64,000 nt of DNA, from positions 18,461 to 82,460 of the IMG/VR virus record IMGVR_UViG_3300034060_000702. The stretch is one strand, 5' to 3'. Of the stretch, positions 1 through 10,453 are shown piece by piece. Numbering within the stretch: position 1 is the first letter of the stretch; the number at the start of each line of letters is the position of its first letter. Position numbers and translations under genes: made by a program. The notes under the pieces are model-generated. The model was not told the origin of the DNA and made no database searches. It saw only the letters and a program-made list of their open reading frames with translations. Source of the DNA: a virus.

Positions 1-3000
1 AACTTCAATCGAACCTATTTTTGAGCTTGGTGAAATTGTATTCACTTTTGAAACTTTTACAATTCTACCATCAGTAAGTAAAAGTTTATCCCCTACAGAT
101 AATGTACTAAAATCTTTTTGATTAGCCAAATCTATCTTAGCTTGATTGAATATATTTTGTATGAATGGTAAATGAATATCATTAATCTCATTCAATGTAA
201 CACCTAACTTAGTAGTAGCATACTTAACTAATTCTTCATACACATCTACTAAACCTGATTCAGTTTTTATTCCAGTAAATCTATTTTTTAAAAAATCAGT
301 TATTCCAGATTGTACTTGATTTTCAACTTTAAGTTTATTCAAAGCTTTTTGTTCTGCTACATATTGTGCTTTAGTAATTTCATTCTTTACTATATGCATC
401 TTAACTGCTTTAGATAATCGCTTGATGTCAGTAGGAGTATATCCTAATTCTTTCAGTTTAGAATCTTGTGTAGCAAAAATTGGTTCATTGTTATCTACTA
501 CATCTGCAGCTGCATTTAGGATTTCTTCTTCAGTTGGTTCTTTAGGAAGAGTGGATTTAGCTGTAGTATCATAATCAGTTATAGCTACATTGCCTAAAAA
601 TCTATCACCTGAATACACTTGAATTACATTATCTAGATCTTTTTTACCTGGTCTTTTTAACACAGGAACCAATTTTAATGTAACAGGTTTACCAAAGTCT
701 TCTGCTTTAATCGCTGTATTATGATCAAAAATAATAACTTTTTCACCATCTACTTCTATTACAAAACCAGTAGAACTACTTGGAGTTTTACCAGTCAACT
801 TTGCTTTTATTGATTTACCACTAGTAAGTTTATCAACTATCTTTTCATGCATAGATTGATTTCTTCCTACAGGTTGTTCAGCAGGTTTAATATCTTCTAA
901 AGCAATACTTAAAACACCATCTGTAAAGTATCCAATATTTAAACTAGATGGTAGTTGTCTTTTTGCAACATCATCTATAAAGTTTTCTTCTAAGTAGTTT
1001 TCTAGTTTATCTTGTAAACTTTTACCTGGAGCACTTTCAAGAGTAGCTCTATCAATACTTCCTATAAATAAATCTAAATATCCTCTATGAGGAGACTTAC
1101 CTTCAGCTAAATCAAATAATAGTTGCTTTAATTGTTCTTTATTAACAATTCCTGTAGTAGAACTTACTCCAGCAGGCATTTTCAAACTATCATTAAAAAT
1201 GTTTTTAGCATTTCCTTCTGAAGTTACATGAGTTATAAATAATAAATTATCAGGTAAATTATTTATTATTCTTTCTATATCAGCTTTAGTATCTGTAGTA
1301 GTAGGGTTATCTCCTACACCACTATCTACTTTTTTTTCAGTTTCAGTTTTTTCTTGAACAACTGGAGTATTTTTTTTAATAATACTTTCAGCAATAGGAA
1401 TTAAAGCATCAACCATTTCCTTAGTTGTTGTAGGATTCTTATAAGAAGTTCTATTTTCAGAAAGTTGTTTTGCTTTTTTAATCAAAGGTTCAGCAACTTC
1501 AGAAGCAGACATTCCATCTGGTAATGCAATTACAATAGCTGTATATACAGATGGTCTATTAGAACCAGTTGAATCTGATTTTTGAATTGGTATTTTAACA
1601 TCTACATATCTAACACCATTGCTATTAAAAGTTTCATCATAAGTATAGTTGTGTAATTTTTTTTGATTTCTTATATCCACAGTGGACATATCATTTGTTT
1701 TATTATCAGAACTATATTTAATACCAAATCCACCTTGTCCATCATAAGCTCTCCATTCAAAAACAGAGTTATCTTGTTTTGTATTTTTAACTCTATCCAA
1801 AAACATTTCAAAAGCTCTTTTAGATATTTCTTCTTTAGTTGGAGCTTTTGCTTTTCTAAATAATTTTTTATTTGCTGTTGCTTCTTTTTCTAATTCTTCT
1901 TTTGCAAGTTTTTCTAAAAAAGCTTTTGGAGAATGTATTCCAGTTCTAAAACTATCTTGGAAATATAATTTTTTTAATGCTTCCTCATCAGTTCTTAAAA
2001 ACTCTTCTGCTTGAGATGTAGTTTCTTGTGATTGATTAACAGGTTCAACTGTTTCTACAGGTTTAGTTTGTGCACCAGAGAACAATGAGTCTTCTGCAGT
2101 TTTAAGATATGCATCAATGTTTTTAAATGTAGTACTTTCATACTTATTGAATTTAGGATTCTCACCTTTCCAATTTGTTTTAACAAACCAACCATCTTTT
2201 GCAAAACTAAATAATGGTGTCCATTCTCCTTTTGAAGCAGCACCTGTACCAAGTCCAGTAGATTTATATACTAAAAATCTTTTACCATCAGCAAATACAT
2301 CTACAATTAATCTTCCAGCAACTTGAGTTCGAAAACTACCTATTGTCCATTCTGAATTATTTGCATCTAAACTTTGACCAAACTCATAAAGATCTTGAAT
2401 TTCTTTTGAAATAGCCAGTTTATTACCATCATATCCAGAAATTTCTTGATTAACCCATTCATCAAATATATCAGGTCTATCAGATTGATCATCAACTACT
2501 ACAACATCAGTATTAGCACCTATTGATTTTGGTTGCTTTGGATTTTCTTTTTGATTTGTTTCACTACTAACTGTATCGCTTGTTCCCTCTCCTGTGGTGT
2601 CAATAGGGATTGTTTCTTCACTAGTTTCTTCATCGGATTCAATTATTATATTTTCATCTATTAATTCATCTATTACTTTTTCTTCAAGAGTTACTTCAGG
2701 ACTTGTTAAAACTTCATCTGTAAGAGCTTGTTCAACTTGTCCTGGAGTCATAGCATCAACTTCATCAGAAGTGTAACCTTTGCCCGCTAAATTAGCTTTA
2801 GTTTCATCATCTAATACTTCACTATTAGTTTGCATTGGTTCATTTACTAATGCATCATAAGCATTAATAATTTCAGTACCATAATCATCAACCCAACTTT
2901 TAAATTTAGGTGTAATATTTGTATCTGACAACTCATTAATTTTTGCATCAGCTATTACATCACCATCTTTAATAGCTTGTTTATATCCATCAATAAGTTG

Positions 3001-6000
3001 ATTTAATAAAGCTTTAGGATAACTGGCAATCTCTGCATTCGGATCAAAACTTTCTAAATCTTCTGCAGGTAAAGGTTCAACAGCAATTTCTTCAGGAGTA
3101 GTTTCTGGAGTTACTTCTGGAGTATCTTCTTCTTCAACCAAACTGTCATCTTGTTGTGGAGTATTTAATTGACTAGGATCAATCTTAGCTTGAACTACAG
3201 ATACAATACTATTGTAAACAGAATTTGATACATCTACTGTTCTACCTAATAAGTTTGATAAAGCATCAATCAAGTCTGTCCAAATTGTACTTTCTTTTTT
3301 AGGAGCTTTTACTCTAGCAAGCAATGTTTGAAAAGTTTGATTGCCAAAAGATTCTTTAATAAAATCTAATTCTGAATCAAATGCTTTCCAGTTATCTTTG
3401 ATTTGTTCAGAAGGCTTATCTTTATTTTTTTCATTTTCAGACTTAATATAAGCCATAGTTGCTTCTTTCAAAGATTTTACTTCGGCATTAAAAACTGGAT
3501 CATTCTTTAAAGCATCTGTAGTCAATCTTTCTAATTCATTTTTAAGAATCAATTCTTCAATTGAGAAAACACTATTTGTAAAGTTACTTGCAGCATATCT
3601 ACCATCAATGATACTTACACCACCTTTAAATTTATTTGGTCTAGAAGAGTTATCTACAAATGAAACTTTAGCATTCTCATCAACTAATCTCTTTAAAATT
3701 TTAGCTAAATCTTTTTCAGCTTTAGTAGAACTTTTGCTTGCAATAATAGTATCTAAAACATCAGAAACTTTTTGCTCATTAGCAACATCAAATCCATATT
3801 CTTTTGCTATCTCATTGTATGTTCTTTTATCACCTTCATTAATTCGAATACCTCTACCAACTTCTCTATAAATATCATTTTCTTTTTCAAGAATAGGTTG
3901 TTCAATTAAATTATCAACTAATTCATTTAGTTTTTTCAGAGCCATCTTGTATTTTGGATCTGATTGTTTTAAAACTTCTTCTGTTGTAATATCATAAAGT
4001 TCTTTAGGCATTATACCTTTTTGAATGAGTTCATCCATTTCAGATAAATCAAATGATACACCTGCATCTAAAAGTTCTTTGACAACTTTGTTTACTTCTT
4101 CTTGATCTCTAAATTTTGCAATAGAATTTTTTACATAGTCTTTATGCTGTTCAATAATTTGATCAGACATTTTAGACATTCTATCTACATGTGCATTAAA
4201 ATAATTTTCATCACTTAAAATGTCAATATTTTCTTCTAGTCTAGCATTTCTATTTTCTAATTTATAATAGTCATATAATTTAGAAAATGAGTTTTTACTA
4301 AATCTATTTATTTTTGAATTTCGAGAACCTTCATTTACTGTAGTATTATTTGGATCATATTCTTTAGAATGAACAATTTCTAAATATTTTCCATGTCGAA
4401 GTTCCATTGTATCAGCAGCTCGCTTAACTCTTTTGTTAAGTTTTTTTAATAATACTTTTTCAGCCTTACTTGTATTTGGTTTAGATTGTAATTCATCAAT
4501 CTTAGCAATTACTCTATCATGATCTCCTAAAGATTCTTGGTATTGAATAAGAGCTTTAAGTTTCTGATTCTTTTGAATTAAATCTTTTTTAGCTTCAGGT
4601 GTTAAATTTTCATATCCATTTAGAACTGCTAACTCTTGAGTAAGCATTCCTATTTCCTTATTCATTTCTTTATTAGAAGTTAAAGCATTGTAATCATTAA
4701 ATGAAACACCATATGCTTGAGCATCTGTTTGAATTACATTAAGCAAATCTTTTTTTCTATCTAAGTTTTGTTCAAACTCTGCAGTATCAAAAATTAAATC
4801 ATCTACTGCTTTGTTCCAACTATGATGATAATTCATCATTGCATTATAGTTAGGATCATCTTTTTTTAGCTTAGATATATTTACAGGACTTTGATAATCA
4901 TTTTTAAAAGTAGTATACTTAGTTTTAAACTTCTTTGCTTCTTGAACTTTTTTGTTAATTAATTTATTAATTACATCTTGAGAAGAATTTTCATTAATAC
5001 CAAAAGCAGCAGCTGCTTGTTTAGTATCCATAGATTTAAAACCTTCAGTATGCTTAATAAATTCATCAAGCATATCATGTTTCATCATAGTTTGCAAATG
5101 AGCTCTGTAAGACTCATCTTTTTTATCTTGAAAAGTATGTCTATCTCCTTCAGCAGCTGCTTGAACCATTTCATTTTCAAGTCTTGATTGAGTTGCTAAG
5201 TTGTTACCCATACTGTTGTACACAGCACCTACATTTTTATAACCTTCATTGATTAAATCAGAATCTTTTTGAAGCTCATCTAATCTACTTTCTCTTTCAG
5301 TATTAAATGCTTTTTTATTTGTAAATTGTTTATAAGAACCACTTTGTATAGAAGCAAGAGGTGCAGTCATAGTAGAAGTTACAGGACTCACTAAACCTCC
5401 CATTAAAAATCCTGAAAGAAATGTTTCAAACCCTTGTCCTGATTTTTGTTCTTTTAAACCATGAAGTAATGAATCAAAATATCCTCCAGAAGCTTTACTT
5501 CCAAATTGATATTTATTTTTTGCTTGAATAGTTTCCTGAATTGTTTCTTGTAAACCTTCACCTAAATTTGAAATACCATAAGTTCCAGTTTTAGCTATTG
5601 CAGTTTTACCTAATTTACCTAAACCAGTACCAATACCTTTTTCAAAAAGAAGTTTCCCTTGATCTTTAATACCTTGGTAAAAACCTTTTTGAAATATGTT
5701 ACCAGTTCTAATAACTCTAGTTGTACCATCTGCAGCAGTAGCAAGATTACCAAATCTTCCAGTTGATACAAATTTACCTACACCTTTAAGATCATCAAAC
5801 CTTTTATACATGTTATTAAACACAAGTTTATTGGTAGCAAATATTGCTCCTGTGTTTTCCATTAATGTATAAGCTTTTGCATTTTTAATTCTTTTAGTCA
5901 AATCATCAGATTCTTCTGCAGTCATGTTAGGATGTTTATTTATGTATTCATCATACATATCTTTTTCTAACATGTTTGCTTCTAATCTAGCTTCTGATAC

Positions 6001-6867
6001 CGCCATTTGACCTGCTTTAACATCTCTAAATATAGCTGCGCCACCTTGTCCAATTTTACCTAATACTGTAAGATCTTTTACAGAGTTAATCTCTTTTAAA
6101 GACTTAATATATTTAGTTGTATTTTCTATAGGATTTAAAACATTAAGAGCTTTTTTTCCAAAAGTTGCAGCTTTAGATATATCTTTAGCTTTATCAGCAG
6201 CATTAATTGCTCTTTTAATATCATTCATTTTGTCAAAAGCTTTACCTATTTGACCAAATGCTTTGACTCCTTTACCAACCATTGCTGCACCACCTACAGC
6301 TAAAGAACCACCACCAGAAGGAAGTGCTGTAAGTGCAGAAATACCCATTATAGCAAGTTCTTCTGCAACCATGTCCATAGTTATTCCTAAAGTATAACCA
6401 GCATTTAATGTAAGATTTTGTGCAAAGCCCGTAACACCTCCTCTTTGTGTACCATACATATCAGCAACTTTACCAAATTCATTTGCATTCTTTTTTGAAT
6501 TAGCAAATGCTCCAAATAAAGCACTGTCATTAAATCCAATTGCAGCTAATTTACCAGCACCTTTTATACTTCTAGCCCATTGTTCAGAATCAGTAGTTAT
6601 TTTATCATAAAAAGCTTCATTGTCTGTGTTTGCTTGATAACCATAATCATTCCATTTAGAACCATAAGATTGAAGCTTTTCAATCTTTTTATCATACATA
6701 GAAGTATTAATAACTTTAGATGCTGCGGCTTGTTTAAGTTTTACATTATCTCTTCTTTGTGTCGAAGCAGCAGTTACCTCATTTGCAATTTTTTGAATTG
6801 TAGACTCTACAGCTTTAGGGCGATTAACCAATAAGGGATTTTGACCTGGTTTAATTTTATCTGGCAT
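1..6867 (-). CDS. Giant virion ejection/cargo (polyvalent-type) protein, 3'-truncated by the window edge (>2289 aa)
   Basis: ATG at 6867 (MPDKIKPGQNPLL...). The frame was open in every segment I translated, down to base 1, and is missing from the ORF track, consistent with no stop in the window. It has Gly/Ala-rich hydrophobic N-terminal segments, coiled coils, and zincin-like and ART-like modules. It follows the muzzle and cargo genes as in crAss-like phages. Confidence 0.85.
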   Translation of the reverse strand, partial: MPDKIKPGQNPLLVNRPKAVESTIQKIANEVTAASTQRRDNVKLKQAAASKVINTSMYDKKIEKLQSYGSKWNDYGYQANTDNEAFYDKITTDSEQWARSIKGAGKLAAIGFNDSALFGAFANSKKNANEFGKVADMYGTQRGGVTGFAQNLTLNAGYTLGITMDMVAEELAIMGISALTALPSGGGSLAVGGAAMVGKGVKAFGQIGKAFDKMNDIKRAINAADKAKDISKAATFGKKALNVLNPIENTTKYIKSLKEINSVKDLTVLGKIGQGGAAIFRDVKAGQMAVSEARLEANMLEKDMYDEYINKHPNMTAEESDDLTKRIKNAKAYTLMENTGAIFATNKLVFNNMYKRFDDLKGVGKFVSTGRFGNLATAADGTTRVIRTGNIFQKGFYQGIKDQGKLLFEKGIGTGLGKLGKTAIAKTGTYGISNLGEGLQETIQETIQAKNKYQFGSKASGGYFDSLLHGLKEQKSGQGFETFLSGFLMGGLVSPVTSTMTAPLASIQSGSYKQFTNKKAFNTERESRLDELQKDSDLINEGYKNVGAVYNSMGNNLATQSRLENEMVQAAAEGDRHTFQDKKDESYRAHLQTMMKHDMLDEFIKHTEGFKSMDTKQAAAAFGINENSSQDVINKLINKKVQEAKKFKTKYTTFKNDYQSPVNISKLKKDDPNYNAMMNYHHSWNKAVDDLIFDTAEFEQNLDRKKDLLNVIQTDAQAYGVSFNDYNALTSNKEMNKEIGMLTQELAVLNGYENLTPEAKKDLIQKNQKLKALIQYQESLGDHDRVIAKIDELQSKPNTSKAEKVLLKKLNKRVKRAADTMELRHGKYLEIVHSKEYDPNNTTVNEGSRNSKINRFSKNSFSKLYDYYKLENRNARLEENIDILSDENYFNAHVDRMSKMSDQIIEQHKDYVKNSIAKFRDQEEVNKVVKELLDAGVSFDLSEMDELIQKGIMPKELYDITTEEVLKQSDPKYKMALKKLNELVDNLIEQPILEKENDIYREVGRGIRINEGDKRTYNEIAKEYGFDVANEQKVSDVLDTIIASKSSTKAEKDLAKILKRLVDENAKVSFVDNSSRPNKFKGGVSIIDGRYAASNFTNSVFSIEELILKNELERLTTDALKNDPVFNAEVKSLKEATMAYIKSENEKNKDKPSEQIKDNWKAFDSELDFIKESFGNQTFQTLLARVKAPKKESTIWTDLIDALSNLLGRTVDVSNSVYNSIVSVVQAKIDPSQLNTPQQDDSLVEEEDTPEVTPETTPEEIAVEPLPAEDLESFDPNAEIASYPKALLNQLIDGYKQAIKDGDVIADAKINELSDTNITPKFKSWVDDYGTEIINAYDALVNEPMQTNSEVLDDETKANLAGKGYTSDEVDAMTPGQVEQALTDEVLTSPEVTLEEKVIDELIDENIIIESDEETSEETIPIDTTGEGTSDTVSSETNQKENPKQPKSIGANTDVVVVDDQSDRPDIFDEWVNQEISGYDGNKLAISKEIQDLYEFGQSLDANNSEWTIGSFRTQVAGRLIVDVFADGKRFLVYKSTGLGTGAASKGEWTPLFSFAKDGWFVKTNWKGENPKFNKYESTTFKNIDAYLKTAEDSLFSGAQTKPVETVEPVNQSQETTSQAEEFLRTDEEALKKLYFQDSFRTGIHSPKAFLEKLAKEELEKEATANKKLFRKAKAPTKEEISKRAFEMFLDRVKNTKQDNSVFEWRAYDGQGGFGIKYSSDNKTNDMSTVDIRNQKKLHNYTYDETFNSNGVRYVDVKIPIQKSDSTGSNRPSVYTAIVIALPDGMSASEVAEPLIKKAKQLSENRTSYKNPTTTKEMVDALIPIAESIIKKNTPVVQEKTETEKKVDSGVGDNPTTTDTKADIERIINNLPDNLLFITHVTSEGNAKNIFNDSLKMPAGVSSTTGIVNKEQLKQLLFDLAEGKSPHRGYLDLFIGSIDRATLESAPGKSLQDKLENYLEENFIDDVAKRQLPSSLNIGYFTDGVLSIALEDIKPAEQPVGRNQSMHEKIVDKLTSGKSIKAKLTGKTPSSSTGFVIEVDGEKVIIFDHNTAIKAEDFGKPVTLKLVPVLKRPGKKDLDNVIQVYSGDRFLGNVAITDYDTTAKSTLPKEPTEEEILNAAADVVDNNEPIFATQDSKLKELGYTPTDIKRLSKAVKMHIVKNEITKAQYVAEQKALNKLKVENQVQSGITDFLKNRFTGIKTESGLVDVYEELVKYATTKLGVTLNEINDIHLPFIQNIFNQAKIDLANQKDFSTLSVGDKLLLTDGRIVKVSKVNTISPSSKIGSIEV

Positions 6868-6886
6868 AATAATTTTTTTTAAAATA

Positions 6887-9800
6887 TTATTTTATTTTTT
6901 TTTGTGTTTCAAACACATCATTTAAAAAACCTAATGCATCTTCATAACTTTCAAGACTTTCATAATAATCTTTATCTGAATTATATAAAAAAGTATTTAA
7001 GTCTTCAAGTTTTCCATCAACATGTATTACTCCATCAAATTTTAATTCTCCACTATTAGTTTTTTCAACATACACCGCTTTTTTATTAGTTAAATCATTG
7101 CCTCTAAATAATATAGTTCTACCTGTTTGCTGTAAAGATTTATCTTTAGTAGATTGATCTCTGTCATCATACATTTTAGACATTCTAGCATTTGGATTGG
7201 TAGCAAGTGTTATTTTCTGACTTGTTTTTGTATTATAAAAAGATAAACCTTCCCAATCATCTTTAACACCATCTTGCAATCCAGTTAATCCTGATAACTG
7301 ATAACTTAAATTATAAAAATCTTTTGACCTTTGAAGCTCACCGATATACTTTTGAATTTCAGTTTTATCAGTTATTTTATTACCATTAACAAATAAAGCT
7401 CTATCTCCAGTTGCAGATGCTTTAAAAGTTTCATTAATATAGTTCATAGCATCATTTCTAGCAGGAGATAGATCTGCATACATATGAACATTATTTGATT
7501 CATAAATATTATAAGTTGCTGGACCAACTCCTGATTTATTTTTAGTTTGTTTAAGACCTATACTTAAACCTTCATGATATTTTTCAGTATATGTTTGATA
7601 TTCTTCATTTAAATCATCAATATCTCTTCTACCAAGTGCTATATTTTTTTTAATAAATTCTCTTTTAGAAATTAAAAAACCATCTTTAACAACATCTTTT
7701 TGAAAAGGATATTGATAGTCATCAAGACCATCTTTCATTTTAGTTACTATATCATCATGCCCTTCTTTTTTAAGGTTAAAATGATTTGTCATATCTTCTT
7801 GAATATCCGCAATTCTATCTTGTGCCTTTTGAACTTTAGGAGATTCTAACATTTTAAGTAATTTTGGATTATCTCCAGGACTATCAGTTTTCTTTTGCAC
7901 ATTATACTTATATAAAGTTTGAGAAAAACTAGAATTATTTTCAATTAAATTCATCAAACCCCAATCCGAAATTTCATTTTCTTTATACTTAGTATTTGCA
8001 ACAAAATATTCTTTTACTGGTTTTTTACCTTGTTCTCTTGTAGAAGATTCTTCTCTAAGTTTATTTATATTATTATTTTCAACTCCTCTTTGTTTAATAA
8101 AATTTAAAGCTTGTCTTTTAATAAGTTTATATTCAGCAGAATTTTTATCAAGTGTTTCAATATAAGCCCTGTTTACAACTTTTGTTTTTGCACCTAATGT
8201 ATTATTTAAGTAACTTGATTGTTTATTATAAGCACTTGCTACAGACTCACTAGAAACTGTTTGTGCACCAGTCATATCAAATGATTGATCTTTATTTAAC
8301 TTTTCATACTTAGCTGCAATATTTTTCTTTTCAGTAGCTGATAACTTTTCAATAGGTTTTTTACTAAGTTCTTTATATGCTTTTTGAACAGAAGGATTAG
8401 CATGACTATCTGCAACAAACTGTATCATTTCTTTTGTTACAGGTTTTGTTGCAACTAATTTTTTCTTTTCTGCATTAACAACCTTGTTTGTATGTATGGC
8501 AATTGTTTTTGAATCGCCTGCATTAATTTTTTCAGTTGTAGCTTTAGGAAGCGGGATATAAGACTCTTGAATTATCTGCACAGCCTGTTTCTTAGCTACA
8601 GGATTAACATTAAGATCTGCAGCTTTTGTACTTCGCTTACCATTGTTTTTATTTATTTCAGCATTTACTTCTGGTTCACTATATAATTGTTGACCAGTAC
8701 CTGTTAAAATACCATTTATTGTTCCTAAAGTTTTACTAACTCCAGTAACAGCGGATGATTTTTTATTTTTATAATCTTCTTGAGTTCTACCACTAGCTTT
8801 TTTATCTTCATTATATAAATTGCTGAAAGATCCTCCTGTTACAGGTTTTGTACCAGACTTATCAAGCCACTGTGCTTGCTGTCTTTTAATATTTTCTTCA
8901 TTTAAAGGTCTTAGTTTATCAAGTTTGGTTTTAGCTTCTTTATATTTTTCACCAGTAACAGCAGATGAATTATTTGTTAATACCGTTTCAAGTGTTTTAA
9001 TTTCATCAGCCCAATGACCTTTAAGTTTAGGACCTTTATAGTTTTCAGAAAGATAAGCAGATACTGTTGTATTAGCTAATTTATTACCTTTACCTTCTTT
9101 ACCATCAGTGCTAGTACCAAATGGATTTGATTCATCAGTTTTTAAAGAAGCTTTATGACTCTCTAAAGCTACTCTATTAGATTGTTTAATACCTTCCATC
9201 ATAACATCATACTGATGCTTTACACTTAACTTAGCAAACTCATCAGCTTCTTTCTTTTGAGTCATAGTATTATCAGCAATACTTTTTGCAGCACCAGTAA
9301 TATCCTCATGCATAAATATTGCAGCATCTCTTGAATCTAATTGAGAAGCCATATTTCTTATGTAAGTATTGTCATTTGCTTTCTCTGCAGTCATCTTAGC
9401 CAACTTAATATACTGACTTGCTTGTTGAGCACCAGGAAGAAGTTGTTGTAAAGCATTATACTCTTTTGCAAGATTTGAATCTTTAGCAACTTTACCAGCT
9501 TTTATTTTTTCTTCAAGAGCTGATATTCTACCAGAAATGTATTCTTCATCTGCATTAGATTGTTCTAATATAGAATTAATTTTTTCTTGCTGAACTGTTC
9601 CTTGTCTTCTATAATATTCAGAAGTTGCAGCATTCTCATCAAGTCCAGTTTCAGACATAATTGAACCTACATTGTTTTTTCTAGTTACATAAGCTTGTGC
9701 CTCATATTGCTTTAACAATTTTGGATCATTAGCATATAAGTTTGTAAACAATTCTGCCAAAGGACCATAAGCTTGAGGACCATTTTTAGTAGTCACCATA

Positions 9801-10396
9801 TAGTTTCCTATAAGTTGATCACTTGAGATTTCAAGTTTATTATCTTTAGCATACTTCATTGCTTTGTCCATCATGTTAGTATATGGGATATACTCTACAT
9901 TCTCAAAGCCCAAAGATTCATCATTAGAAGCATCCTTAAACTCTTTTAGTTTGTATTCCATATACTGATCACCTTGATCCCAAGCTTGACCACCACACTT
10001 ATCAGGATCCACACAATTTCTTAAAGCTTCTCCTCTAGACTTTTCATTTTGAAAATTCTTAGTCCACACCATATCTTTTACAATATGGTTGTTATTATAA
10101 ATAGCTTGAAAAACATTTGCTGCAGCATCAACATTTTCATCAAGTGAAAAATCCATACCAGCCATTTTTACAATATCGGTATTGATGTTTTTTACAAACT
10201 GATCTCTAGCCGCAATATTCTCATTCCTACTCATAGAAGAATTTAATATTGAACCATAAAGCTCACTTATCTTTTGATGATTTGCATCAAACTTAGTTTG
10301 TTTGGTTTGCAAAATTTGTGCATCAAATGCTAAATTCGGTTCAGTAGGTTGAATTTGTGATATGTAATCTGTAACTCCTGGTTGATATGTTGCCAT
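6887..10396 (-). CDS. Virion ejection/cargo protein (1169 aa)
   Basis: Long helical ORF (MATYQPGVTDYISQIQP...) lying between the muzzle gene and the giant ORF, the crAss cargo-gene position. Confidence 0.7.
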   Translation of the reverse strand: MATYQPGVTDYISQIQPTEPNLAFDAQILQTKQTKFDANHQKISELYGSILNSSMSRNENIAARDQFVKNINTDIVKMAGMDFSLDENVDAAANVFQAIYNNNHIVKDMVWTKNFQNEKSRGEALRNCVDPDKCGGQAWDQGDQYMEYKLKEFKDASNDESLGFENVEYIPYTNMMDKAMKYAKDNKLEISSDQLIGNYMVTTKNGPQAYGPLAELFTNLYANDPKLLKQYEAQAYVTRKNNVGSIMSETGLDENAATSEYYRRQGTVQQEKINSILEQSNADEEYISGRISALEEKIKAGKVAKDSNLAKEYNALQQLLPGAQQASQYIKLAKMTAEKANDNTYIRNMASQLDSRDAAIFMHEDITGAAKSIADNTMTQKKEADEFAKLSVKHQYDVMMEGIKQSNRVALESHKASLKTDESNPFGTSTDGKEGKGNKLANTTVSAYLSENYKGPKLKGHWADEIKTLETVLTNNSSAVTGEKYKEAKTKLDKLRPLNEENIKRQQAQWLDKSGTKPVTGGSFSNLYNEDKKASGRTQEDYKNKKSSAVTGVSKTLGTINGILTGTGQQLYSEPEVNAEINKNNGKRSTKAADLNVNPVAKKQAVQIIQESYIPLPKATTEKINAGDSKTIAIHTNKVVNAEKKKLVATKPVTKEMIQFVADSHANPSVQKAYKELSKKPIEKLSATEKKNIAAKYEKLNKDQSFDMTGAQTVSSESVASAYNKQSSYLNNTLGAKTKVVNRAYIETLDKNSAEYKLIKRQALNFIKQRGVENNNINKLREESSTREQGKKPVKEYFVANTKYKENEISDWGLMNLIENNSSFSQTLYKYNVQKKTDSPGDNPKLLKMLESPKVQKAQDRIADIQEDMTNHFNLKKEGHDDIVTKMKDGLDDYQYPFQKDVVKDGFLISKREFIKKNIALGRRDIDDLNEEYQTYTEKYHEGLSIGLKQTKNKSGVGPATYNIYESNNVHMYADLSPARNDAMNYINETFKASATGDRALFVNGNKITDKTEIQKYIGELQRSKDFYNLSYQLSGLTGLQDGVKDDWEGLSFYNTKTSQKITLATNPNARMSKMYDDRDQSTKDKSLQQTGRTILFRGNDLTNKKAVYVEKTNSGELKFDGVIHVDGKLEDLNTFLYNSDKDYYESLESYEDALGFLNDVFETQKKIK

Positions 10397-10453
10397 AGTT
10401 TTTAATGTAAATATATTAATTATTTAATAACCAAAAATTAGTTATCCTTATGA

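Noticed and set aside
1663-6834. Short ORFs in the ORF track at 1.6-6.8 kb (mostly plus strand)
   Set aside because: They are shadows of the giant minus-strand ORF 1-6867. The same applies to the short antisense and alternate-frame ORFs listed throughout 8.8-56.8 kb.
1-6867. Calling the giant ORF the virion RNA polymerase
   Set aside because: I saw no DxDxD double-psi-barrel catalytic motif in the parts translated; the RNAP probably lies beyond the left edge.
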